A stretch of 64,000 nt of DNA, taken from Terriglobia bacterium. Its GTDB lineage: Bacteria > Acidobacteriota > Terriglobia > 20CM-2-55-15. A program made the position numbers and the translations under genes. The notes beneath the pieces were generated by a model. It searched no databases. It had not been told where the DNA came from and saw only the letters and a list, made by a program, of their open reading frames with translations. The stretch lies in NCBI GenBank assembly GCA_965198225.1, contig CBDAOY010000007.1, positions 990,045 through 1,054,044 on the forward strand, written 5' to 3'. This document shows positions 45,916-53,751 of this stretch, in pieces; positions within the stretch are counted from its first letter, which is position 1, and each line of letters begins with the position of its first letter.

Positions 45916-46746
45916 GCCGCGGCCGCCCCCGAATTGCCGCTGGATTTCGTCACGAGCGAGGAGACCATCATCGTTTCGATCGAGCCGGTCGAACGTCTCG
46001 CCGTCGCCCGTCCACTCTTCCCGTGAGATTGTACCGTCCTCGTTCGTGTCCATGACGCCCATACCGCCCGCAGTCCCGGGCCTCTGCCCCGGCCGAGGGC
46101 GCATACCACGCATGCCGCGGCCGCGACGCTGTCCCTGTTCCTGTCCGTAGGCGGTGATCTCCCCTCTGAGAGCGACCTCGAGCGCTGCCCTGGCTTCGGG
46201 GACATCGAACCCGGCCGGCCCGGGGCGTCCCTTGAAGGCGATGGTGCCGTCGGAGCCCACGACATAGATCCGGTCGGGAAACGCGGCGTACGCATTCGCC
46301 GTCCGGTCGTCGATCTTGTCCAGAATGGTCGGCATCGAGATGTCCAAGGCGGTCGTACAGATGTTGGCTGCTTCCTGGCGCTGCTCGTCGGTTTTGGCTT
46401 GTTCGATCAGGATGCCGTCGATAACATTCGCCGCTCCGAGGTTGCCGTCGGTGGGATGCGCTTCTCGAATGTAGACGAAGAAGAAATTGGCGCGGTCCTT
46501 GTAAGCCTGGTACCAGTTTTCGATGTCCACGACATCGCGGCGGAACGGGCCTCAGGTATAGCTGGCGAAGATCAGCGCGGTCGGTCTGCCCGTCATCTCA
46601 GAAAGCGTAATCTTTTGCTTTCCGTCTTTTGTACTGAGCGTGAAATCAGGCGCCGTATCTCCAGGCGTGGGGCCGCCGCCTCGCCGCTGGGCCGTGGCAG
46701 GGCTCACCAGGACGAGGACCAATAACGCAGACGCGAATGTTCTCAT
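45589..46746 (-). CDS. Candidate selenoprotein: secreted deiodinase-like thioredoxin-fold domain (in-frame TGA = Sec) fused to EF-hand repeats
   Basis: Track ORFs 46552..46788 and 45589..46530 are in one frame. Read through TGA 46554..46552 they give ..TALIFASYT-U-GPFRRDVVDIENWYQAYKDRANFFFVYIREAHPTDG... The ATG at 46746 is preceded by GGAGGAG and is followed by signal peptide MRTFASALLVLVLVSPATAQ. There are five intact EF-hand loops plus one truncated loop. Confidence 0.6.
46521..46537 (-). promoter_or_regulatory. Candidate bacterial SECIS hairpin
   Basis: The RNA CGAUGUC-GUG-GACAUCG starts 14 nt after the UGA. It is a 7-bp perfect stem with G/U in the apical loop. Confidence 0.4.
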
Positions 46747-46845
46747 GGGTTTACTCCTCCGTCGACTATAGACAGGGCGGAGCGGCACGGGTTTAAGAGC
46801 GTTTTCAAATCGAATGAGGACCGCGTCCAGCGGTACGAGCTAGCT

Positions 46846-47016
46846 TCAGCCCCCTCCGCCAAGGAGGAAGCCTCCTGCGGCGCCGCGCGCTGTTCCCGAC
46901 GCCAGGTCTCCCAGGAGCAGACCGCCTATTGCGCCGACAACGGCAAACACCGCGATCGTGCCCATCTTGGCTGCTGCGGACTTCTTAGCGCAGCTTTGTT
47001 CTTCGTTCTCTGTCAC
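46846..47016 (-). CDS. Possible small glycine-zipper membrane protein (56 aa)
   Basis: Own translation from GTG 47016 (GAGG lies 8 nt upstream): VTENEEQSCAKKSAAAKMGTIAVFAVVGAIGGLLLGDLASGTARGAAGGFLLGGGG*. It is below the ORF-track size cutoff. Confidence 0.25.
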   Translation of the reverse strand: MTENEEQSCAKKSAAAKMGTIAVFAVVGAIGGLLLGDLASGTARGAAGGFLLGGGG

Positions 47017-47152
47017 GAAAGAGCCTCAGTTTCCCCGTTCAGTCGATGATACCGGTGTTGTAACGGGATTTCTTCAAAAAAGCCGGGGTCTGCCGGGGCG
47101 TCGCCCGGATGCGGTAACATTAGGCTGACTTGAGTGTGATGGAGGCAGGTTC

Positions 47153-47431
47153 ATGAAAGCAATATGGCAGGGCGCGGTCTTGGCCGAAAGCGAAGATACC
47201 ATCGTCGTGGAAGGGAACCACTACTTCCCACCGGAGTCGACCGACACCTCCCACTTTCGGCAGAGCCGGACCCACACGGTCTGCCCGTGGAAAGGACAGG
47301 CCAGCTACTACGACATCGTCGTCGACGGCGACACCAATAAGGACGCCGCCTGGTTCTACCCCGAGACGAAGGAAGCCGCCGACCAGATTCGCGGTTATGT
47401 CGCGTTCTGGCACGGAGTCGAAATCACCTAA
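47153..47431 (+). CDS. DUF427 domain protein
   Basis: AIWQGAVLAESEDTIVVEGNHYFP..CPWKGQASYYDIVVDG..NKDAAWFYPE..FWHGVEI. The hairpin GGGGGC-aga-GCCCCC follows. Confidence 0.8.
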   Translation: MKAIWQGAVLAESEDTIVVEGNHYFPPESTDTSHFRQSRTHTVCPWKGQASYYDIVVDGDTNKDAAWFYPETKEAADQIRGYVAFWHGVEIT

Positions 47432-47539
47432 AACGGGGGCAGAGCCCCCATTTCCCTCTTTCGTTCTCAACTTATTTCTGTTTTGGGCAGCGTCCGACGA
47501 CGCTTCAAAACGATCTTGAGCTTGACAGAAAGCCACCCT

Positions 47540-47555
47540 ATGTAGAAATCTACAT
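47540..47555. promoter_or_regulatory. PadR-type operator ATGT-N8-ACAT (ATGTAGAAATCTACAT)
   Basis: A perfect 16-bp palindrome 4 bp upstream of the padR ATG and 12 bp downstream of a TTGACA (47522..47527). ATGT-N8-ACAT is the operator pattern reported for PadR-family repressors. Confidence 0.5.
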
Positions 47556-47558
47556 TCG

Positions 47559-47864
47559 ATGCCTCGAAACTACATGACATATCCGTCCGGTCTGGTCCTG
47601 CAGGCAATCGCTTCGGGGCATCGGTATGGTTTCGATGTGATGGATGTGACGGGATTGCCGAGTGGTACGGTTTACCCGGCACTTCGGAAGCTGGAACGAG
47701 AGGGCTATGTCCGTTCCAGGTGGGAAGGCGAAGATGTGGCCCGCCAGGCAGGGCGTCCACCGCGGCGTTACTACGAGGTTAGCGGCCCTGGCTCGGCGGC
47801 CTTGACCCAGCTGCTGAAACGGTTTCCAGGACTGGCCCGGGCCCTTGCCGCGGAGGTCTTGTGA
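47559..47864 (+). CDS. PadR-family transcriptional regulator
   Basis: LVLQAIASGHRYGFDVMDVTGLPSGTVYPALRKLEREGYVRSRWE..GRPPRRYYEVS. Confidence 0.88.
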   Translation: MPRNYMTYPSGLVLQAIASGHRYGFDVMDVTGLPSGTVYPALRKLEREGYVRSRWEGEDVARQAGRPPRRYYEVSGPGSAALTQLLKRFPGLARALAAEVL

Positions 47865-48475
47865 GGTGGGCAGGCGGCGAGCGGTCTCTCCGCGTCTGCC
47901 TGTTGTGGATTCGCGCTCTGTCGTTCCTCGTCCCGCCCCCGGGCCGGGACGAATGGATGCGGGAGTGGCGTGGCGAGCTTCTGCATCACTGGAGTGAGTT
48001 CGAGACAGGAGTTCAAAAGTCCCGTGCTGCAAGATTCGATTTGTTCCTACATTCGATGGGCGCCTTGCCTGATGCACTGTGTCTGCTGCGTCAGGAGTGG
48101 AGACTGGACATGCTGATGCAGGATCTGACCTATGCGGTACGGACGCTCGGCGCTCGACCGGGCTTCACCTTCGTAGTGATTTTCATTCTGGCGCTGGGTA
48201 TCGGGGCCAACACCGTCGTGTTCAGCGTCGTCGATGCCGTCCTGTTTCGACCCCTACCGTTTCCCGAGCCGGAGAGGCTGGTTGCGATCTGGGACGAAAA
48301 CACCCAAAAGTCGATGCTTCGTCAGGGTCCGGCGCCCGGCAATCTGCTGGACTGGCGTGACCAGTCACGGGTGTTCGATGGTATCGGAGCCTGGTACGCG
48401 GGCGAGCCCAGGACTGTGCGCGACGAGTCCAGTGCGGAGAAAGTGTCCGCCACTATAGGATTTTATTATGTCTAA
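47861..48475 (+). pseudogene. ADOP-type (duplicated MacB/FtsX-like) permease gene, truncated after ~197 codons by island insertion
   Basis: MLMQDLTYAVRTLGARPGFTFVVIFILALGIGANTVVFSVVDAVLFRPLPFPEPERLVAIW..NLLDWRDQSRVFDGIG matches the ADOP N-terminus. Similarity ends at ..AEKVSA (about 48451), where AT-rich foreign sequence supplies a stop. Confidence 0.75.
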
Positions 48476-48535
48476 TAATATCCATAAGTCTTATTTATAT
48501 CAACAGTATATCGTCCTAGACAATCCAGCGCCGTC

Positions 48536-48544
48536 TGGTATAAT
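48536..48544 (+). promoter_or_regulatory. Extended -10 element TGGTATAAT upstream of the integrase
   Basis: A TGnTATAAT match about 70 nt upstream of the integrase ATG, within the AT-rich junction. Confidence 0.35.
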
Positions 48545-48613
48545 CCAAGCCTGTTGGGGGATATATTGGGGGAGTGCTGGAGTGCCTCTGCCCCATCGGT
48601 CGAGGGCTCTGCA

Positions 48614-49792
48614 ATGGCCATTCACAAACTCTCCCAACGCAAGGTAGACACCGCCGGTCCCGGCAAATACGAAGACGGCGGCGGGCTCCGCTTGGTGGTG
48701 TCCAATTCAGGCGCCAGGAGATGGGTCCTGCGTTACACCGTCCACGGCAAACGCCGGGAAATGGGTCTGGGCCGTTATCCCGATGTCGGGTTGGCCGATG
48801 CCCGCACGCAAGCGCTACGGCACCGGAGGCAGTTGGCGACGGGCGTAGATCCCATCGCAGCCCGCCGGGCGGCCCCGGAGACGCTACCCACCTTCACCAT
48901 CTGCGCCGCCCGGTATATCCGGGCCCATCGACGGAGTTGGCACAATGCCAAGCACGCGCGGCAATGGGTCCGGAGCCTGAAGACCTATGCCCGGCCCGTC
49001 ATCGGGGCCAAACGGGTCGACGCCATTGAGACTGAAGACATTGTAAAGATACTCTCTTCGATCTGGAACACCAAGACCGAAACGGCCAAGCGCGTGCAGG
49101 GGCGCATCGAAAATGTCCTGGACTTCGCCGCCGCGCACCAATACTGCGGTCCCCTGAACCCGGCCCGCTGGCGGGGCCATCTGGACAAGTTGCTCCCGAA
49201 GCCCTCCCGGGTGAAGCAAGTCACCCACCACCCGGCCATGCCGTATCCCGAGGTGGCGGACTTCCTGCAGGAGCTGTCCGGACACCGGAGTGTATCGGCG
49301 CAGGCGCTGCGGTTTTTGATCCTGACCGCCACGCGCACCAGTGAAGTCTTAGAGGCGCAGTGGCCGGAAATCGATCGGACCGCCGGTATATGGATCCTTC
49401 CCGCCTCCCGGATGAAAGCCCGACGGGAACATCGAGTTCCCTTATCGGATGCGACCCTGGCGGTTCTGGAAGACCTACCCCGCATGGCAGGCCACCCGTA
49501 TGTCTTCGCCGGATCTCGCCACGGACGCCCTCTGTCGAACATGGCCCTACTGAAATTGATGCGAGACATGGGATATTGCGTTGAGGGTTCCCGGGCTCAC
49601 TACGTGCCGCATGGATTTCGCTCCAGTTTTCGGGATTGGTCCGGCGAGGTGTCGAGCTTCCCGCGAGAAGTTGCGGAAATGGCCTTGGCCCACGTGGTGG
49701 AGAACAAGGTGGAAGCGGCCTACCGGCGGGGGGATCTGTTCGCCAAACGGCGCAGCATGATGCAGGCCTGGGCCGACTACCTCAAGAAGTAG
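48614..49792 (+). CDS. Tyrosine recombinase / P4-type integrase (DUF4102 arm-binding N-terminus)
   Basis: MAIHKLSQRKVDTAGPGKYEDGGGLRLVVSNSGARRWVLRY..GRYPDVGLADAR. Catalytic region TATRTSEV, HGFRSSFRDW, AYRRGD. Confidence 0.9.
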   Translation: MAIHKLSQRKVDTAGPGKYEDGGGLRLVVSNSGARRWVLRYTVHGKRREMGLGRYPDVGLADARTQALRHRRQLATGVDPIAARRAAPETLPTFTICAARYIRAHRRSWHNAKHARQWVRSLKTYARPVIGAKRVDAIETEDIVKILSSIWNTKTETAKRVQGRIENVLDFAAAHQYCGPLNPARWRGHLDKLLPKPSRVKQVTHHPAMPYPEVADFLQELSGHRSVSAQALRFLILTATRTSEVLEAQWPEIDRTAGIWILPASRMKARREHRVPLSDATLAVLEDLPRMAGHPYVFAGSRHGRPLSNMALLKLMRDMGYCVEGSRAHYVPHGFRSSFRDWSGEVSSFPREVAEMALAHVVENKVEAAYRRGDLFAKRRSMMQAWADYLKK

Positions 49793-50066
49793 AAGGGCGG
49801 GTGCGCAAGGTCGACGGGCGGCCAACAATTCATGCATTCCGATGATTCCTTGAAGGAGCCCACTGCTTCCGAGGTGTGAAAGAATTCAGGCTGGTGCGGA
49901 TTCGACGCGGAAGTGGTCGGCGGAGTGAAAGGAGATGCGACAGAATCTGAGGATCTACGATTCCCGACCGAACCCCAGTGGGGCTAGTGTAGGCCGTCAC
50001 CAAAGGGCACCGCGGACTCGGTCGATGTGACTTTGATCAGGGAAAATCATGGACGGAACGGGTCCC

Positions 50067-50708
50067 TCAATGGATCGTCGGCTTCTCCACGCCGATGGTG
50101 GACAGTGCGTGTTGGCGGGCTCGCGTGCAGGCAACCACAACGGCATGAAGCTCTTTCTCCGCGATCCGTGAGAGTTCCCGCACGTTCTTGAGGCTCCGCG
50201 CCAGATCCATCTCCGAGCGCGACGATGTTCTCTCCAGACACTCCACCATGCTGTGCATCATGGCGTTGATCTCCCCGAGATTGTCCATGGCTTCGTGAGC
50301 CCGTTCGGGGAGATCCAGCACCTCCTCGGCACCGAACAGGCCGTCGATGAAACCTTCCAGCTCTTCCATGCGGGTGCGGCAGAGGCGACTCAGATCATCG
50401 AGCTCCGCCTTGGCGGCCATCGGTGTCAAACGGAACGGCCGGGTTCCCGATTGATGCTTTGCCAATTCGTTCCAGAGGCCCATGAGAGCCTCAAACAGCT
50501 CGTTGGCGGCAGCGACATCGTCAAACTTCGGCAGTTCTCCTCCCCAGAAAGCTGCTACGGTCGGGAGGGGCGACGCATCAAGATTGGGACTGGCGATGTT
50601 GCCGAGGAAGCGTGTGCGCACGACATGGAATGGAGTCGGACAGGCATAACCGTCCAATAGCCCGCGGACTCGTTCGTCGCCCTGATATCTGTGGGAACGT
50701 TTCTTCAT
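50067..50708 (-). CDS. UPF0149/YecA-like family protein
   Basis: LDGYACPTPF..ASPLPTVAAFWGGELPKFDDVAAANELFEALMGLWNEL resembles the UPF0149 N-terminal pattern (recollection). Confidence 0.45.
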   Translation of the reverse strand: MKKRSHRYQGDERVRGLLDGYACPTPFHVVRTRFLGNIASPNLDASPLPTVAAFWGGELPKFDDVAAANELFEALMGLWNELAKHQSGTRPFRLTPMAAKAELDDLSRLCRTRMEELEGFIDGLFGAEEVLDLPERAHEAMDNLGEINAMMHSMVECLERTSSRSEMDLARSLKNVRELSRIAEKELHAVVVACTRARQHALSTIGVEKPTIH

Positions 50709-50795
50709 GCCCGATTAACTTCCGGCCGGCGTTGTGCCATTTCACCTTGTCCCTGCGGAAGCAGATTAGTCCGAAGAAGTTCGAGAATTTCCCGT

Positions 50796-51380
50796 TTACG
50801 TCCCACAGTTCTGGTAGTCCGAGGCCATACACGTGCGCGCCCACTCAATGGCGCGGCTGATCTGGGCACGGGTCATTTCACGTTCAAGGTTGCCCCGCGA
50901 CTCCTCGGGCCCAACGCCGGCGACGCTGACCCTCCCATTGGCGCTGGCGATATTGAACCACATGTGCGCGAGCACGTCGTCCTCGATGCCGCCCAAGCCG
51001 TTGTAGTACATCAACCCGAGGTTGAACTGCGCGCTCGCGTGCCCCTGCTCGGCCGCCATGCGGTACCATCGCGCCGCTTCCGCATCGTCTTCGATGACAC
51101 CCTCGCCGTGGGCATACATGGTTCCGAGATTGAATTGCGCACGCGCGTCCCCCTGCTCGGCCGCTATGCGGAACCACCGCATTGCTTCACGGTCATCCTC
51201 CATGGCGGCCTCGTCATCGTCGTAGGTGCTCCCGAGGCTGTCCGGCGTATCCGCGTTCCCCTGCTCGTCTTCGGCCTGAAAGCGTCCTGGTTCGTCCTGC
51301 GCCGGAACACATGCCGCGGCCAGCAGCCAGGAGCCGCAGAGCAGTGTCATCGCGATCCATCGGTTACGGTGTTTCTTCAC
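50796..51380 (-). CDS. Sel1-repeat (TPR-like) protein, secreted, possibly a lipoprotein
   Basis: Signal sequence ..LLAAAC. Three Sel1 repeats (AMRWFRIAAEQGDARAQFNLGTMYAHGEGV.., AARWYRMAAEQGHASAQFNLGLMYYNGLG..). Confidence 0.85.
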   Translation of the reverse strand: MKKHRNRWIAMTLLCGSWLLAAACVPAQDEPGRFQAEDEQGNADTPDSLGSTYDDDEAAMEDDREAMRWFRIAAEQGDARAQFNLGTMYAHGEGVIEDDAEAARWYRMAAEQGHASAQFNLGLMYYNGLGGIEDDVLAHMWFNIASANGRVSVAGVGPEESRGNLEREMTRAQISRAIEWARTCMASDYQNCGT

Positions 51381-51620
51381 GGCAGCCTCCCATGTCCTGG
51401 TGATCTTATGCCTTGAGACTGGATCGTCGATTGTAGGCGATCCAGGACGCGACCCTACAAGTACTTGGCGACTCTAGTGTAATGGGATCCGCAGGTTACG
51501 TTGCGTGCCGAACACGGATCACCGCTGGAGTGTGGACACAGCGGAAGGTTCACCGTGCCGACGGACGGGTAAGCCAGCCACCTTGAGCAGGATCATCTTG
51601 GGACGCCATCGGCGGCACAC

Positions 51621-51971
51621 CTAACGTCGGCGGCCGCAGGACACGAATATCTCCACGTCGGCCCTCAGCGCGCGCTCCGTGTTGTGGCTGAAGGCACCCC
51701 GGGCCGCTTTGAAGTAGGCGGCCAGTTGGTCCCCTGCCTCCGCAGCGTATTCAACACGGAACGAGAGCGTTCTCGAGCGGGTTGGTCTGCCCGATCGCCT
51801 TGTGCAGCGTGGCGATGCTGGAGACGTAGCGGCGCACCGTCGCCGGGGCCTTGACGCGCGCCATGTCGTCGATGAAGGCGACCAGGGTGGGGGCGTTGGC
51901 GGGCAACGCCGGCACGACCTGCTGCCGGCAGCCAGGATCTCCATCTCGCATGTCATCTCTGAAATCAGCAT
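51621..51971 (-). pseudogene. Fragments of a tyrosine-recombinase N-terminal (SAM-like) domain, frameshifted and in permuted order
   Basis: The frame A segment ..CRQQVVPALPANAPTLVAFIDDMARVKAPATVRRYVSSIATLHKAIGQTNPLENA is followed by the frame B segment ..AAYFKAARGAFSHNTERALRADVEIFVSC. In intact integrases of this type the B-like segment precedes the A-like segment. Confidence 0.45.
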
Positions 51972-52009
51972 CGGGCGGCCTCCGGTTCAGTCGAAAAAGG
52001 CCGCGAATT

Positions 52010-52041
52010 TTACTCGCGATAATTCCAGTTATCGCGAGTAA
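52010..52041. repeat. Perfect 13-bp-arm palindrome TTACTCGCGATAA-ttccag-TTATCGCGAGTAA
   Basis: Read directly from the sequence. It lies about 40 bp upstream of the integrase fragments. Confidence 0.6.
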
Positions 52042-52611
52042 AGCCCCGAGATAACGCTTTCCTCGCCGTTGATCACACGGCGCGGCGGATTTTTTTCGAT
52101 CCGGCGCCTGCTGCCCATCAGCTCAGGGGGGGCGGGACGCAACGAGGTCTGTCTACCGAACGGGGGAGTTGTGGTGCCTTCTACGGCCCGAATGAGCGCG
52201 ACCAGATATCGCCAGCGAACCGGAGAAAGGGACATCGACTTGGCAGAACACCGTGAAATCGCGGCGTCACGCGTCACAGGGATAGACACGAAAGCGGTGG
52301 CGAAGGACTGAGGTGGCCGTATCGATACGGTCGTGGCGGCGCGCTCACCCGCAGCCGTGGCTGCGCCGATGATTTGTCCATGGGGCGATCCGCCGCGTGA
52401 CCGCAAGCCGCTGGCGATGAGTGCCTGCCCGGTTCACGGAAATCGGGCTATGGGCTCTGCCGTGCAGCGCCGCCCGCCTGTTCCGTGCCGAGCCCGTTGG
52501 CAGGACATGAGCAGTTTCGCCGCCGATACCGTCGATCAACGTGCGACCGTCATCACCGGTCCCCGGGTGTCGGTCCGCGGACGTCAATTCACAAGGGCGA
52601 CGCGCTACCGC

Positions 52612-53751
52612 ATGCGCGTGCTCTCTTTTTCGCTGCAAGGCCTTAAAACCGGGTTATTTCTGCTATTCGCATCACTGCTGGCCGTGTCGGCGCCGATTCA
52701 GGCCAGCGCGCAGGCGAACAGCCCTCCGGCGGTGACGGGGCCAACCAGCGTCGACTACGCCGAGAACAGCGAGGAGACGGTGGCCACGTATATCGCTACG
52801 GACCCGGAGGCCGAAGCAATCGCGTGGAGCGTGTCCGGGACGGACCATGCGCTGTTTTCCATCACTGCGGGTGTCCTGGAGTTCCTGAGCCCGCCGAACT
52901 ACGAGAGGCCTATCGACGAGGGCGAAGACAACGCGTATGAGGTGGGCGTCACGGCCACGGATTCCTCCGGGGCGGCCGCCACCGTTGCGGTCACCGTGAC
53001 GGTAACAGACGTCAACGACCCGAACATCGTCCTCATCATGGCGGACGATGTCGGTTATGAGGCCTTTGGGGCATACGGTAGCGCACAGTACAGAACGCCG
53101 CGAATTGATGAGCTTGCAGCCGCGGGAGTTCGCTTCACGAACGCTTACTCAAACCCGGTATGCACCCCGAGCAGAGTTGCCTTGATGACGGGTAAGAGCA
53201 GTGTCAGGAACTATGTGGATTTCGGAGTTCTACTCCCCGGAGAATACACGATTACTGATCTCTTTAGTGGGGCCGGATACGCAACGGCCATCGCCGGAAA
53301 GTGGCAGCTTCACGGTAGTGTCGTAGGTAGTGACGTAGTGGCTGGTGTCCCTGCCGGAACCGGATTCGACACGTATTCCTTGTGGAATACAGCCAACACG
53401 GGTCGTAGTCGCTACTGGAATCCTTCCATCGAACGCGACGGTGAAATCATCGATCTGGGCAGCGAGGATTACGGGCCCGACATATTCACGAATTTCCTGC
53501 TGGAATTCATAGAGTCCAACAGAGATAAACCGTTTTTCGCCTACTACCCGATGGTGCTTCCTCATGATCCGTTCGGCTCGCCGCCGCAAGCCCAATGCGT
53601 CGATACCGCTGACGGACAGTGCAATTTCGAGGACATGGTCGCGTATCTCGATTACAACGTCGGCCGCATACGCGACAAGCTGGCGGACCTGGAGCTACTC
53701 GACAACACAATCCTCATATTCACCTCCGACAACGGAACTCACGCACGCTGA
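52612..53751 (+). CDS. Signal peptide + cadherin-like domain + sulfatase N-terminal part (continues in the +1 frame; see 53738..58837)
   Basis: MRVLSFSLQGLKTGLFLLFASLLAVSAPIQASA. VTVTDVNDPNIVLIMADDVGY. Formylglycine motif CTPSR. The frame ends ..IFTSDNGTHAR*, in the middle of the sulfatase domain. Confidence 0.8.
   Translation: MRVLSFSLQGLKTGLFLLFASLLAVSAPIQASAQANSPPAVTGPTSVDYAENSEETVATYIATDPEAEAIAWSVSGTDHALFSITAGVLEFLSPPNYERPIDEGEDNAYEVGVTATDSSGAAATVAVTVTVTDVNDPNIVLIMADDVGYEAFGAYGSAQYRTPRIDELAAAGVRFTNAYSNPVCTPSRVALMTGKSSVRNYVDFGVLLPGEYTITDLFSGAGYATAIAGKWQLHGSVVGSDVVAGVPAGTGFDTYSLWNTANTGRSRYWNPSIERDGEIIDLGSEDYGPDIFTNFLLEFIESNRDKPFFAYYPMVLPHDPFGSPPQAQCVDTADGQCNFEDMVAYLDYNVGRIRDKLADLELLDNTILIFTSDNGTHAR

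Noticed and set aside
45255-46295. 346-aa track ORF treated as an independent gene
   Set aside because: Its N-terminal two-thirds is an off-frame read of the deiodinase-like/EF-hand gene. Only its last ~110 codons, the second copy of the tandem duplication, look like real EF-hand sequence.
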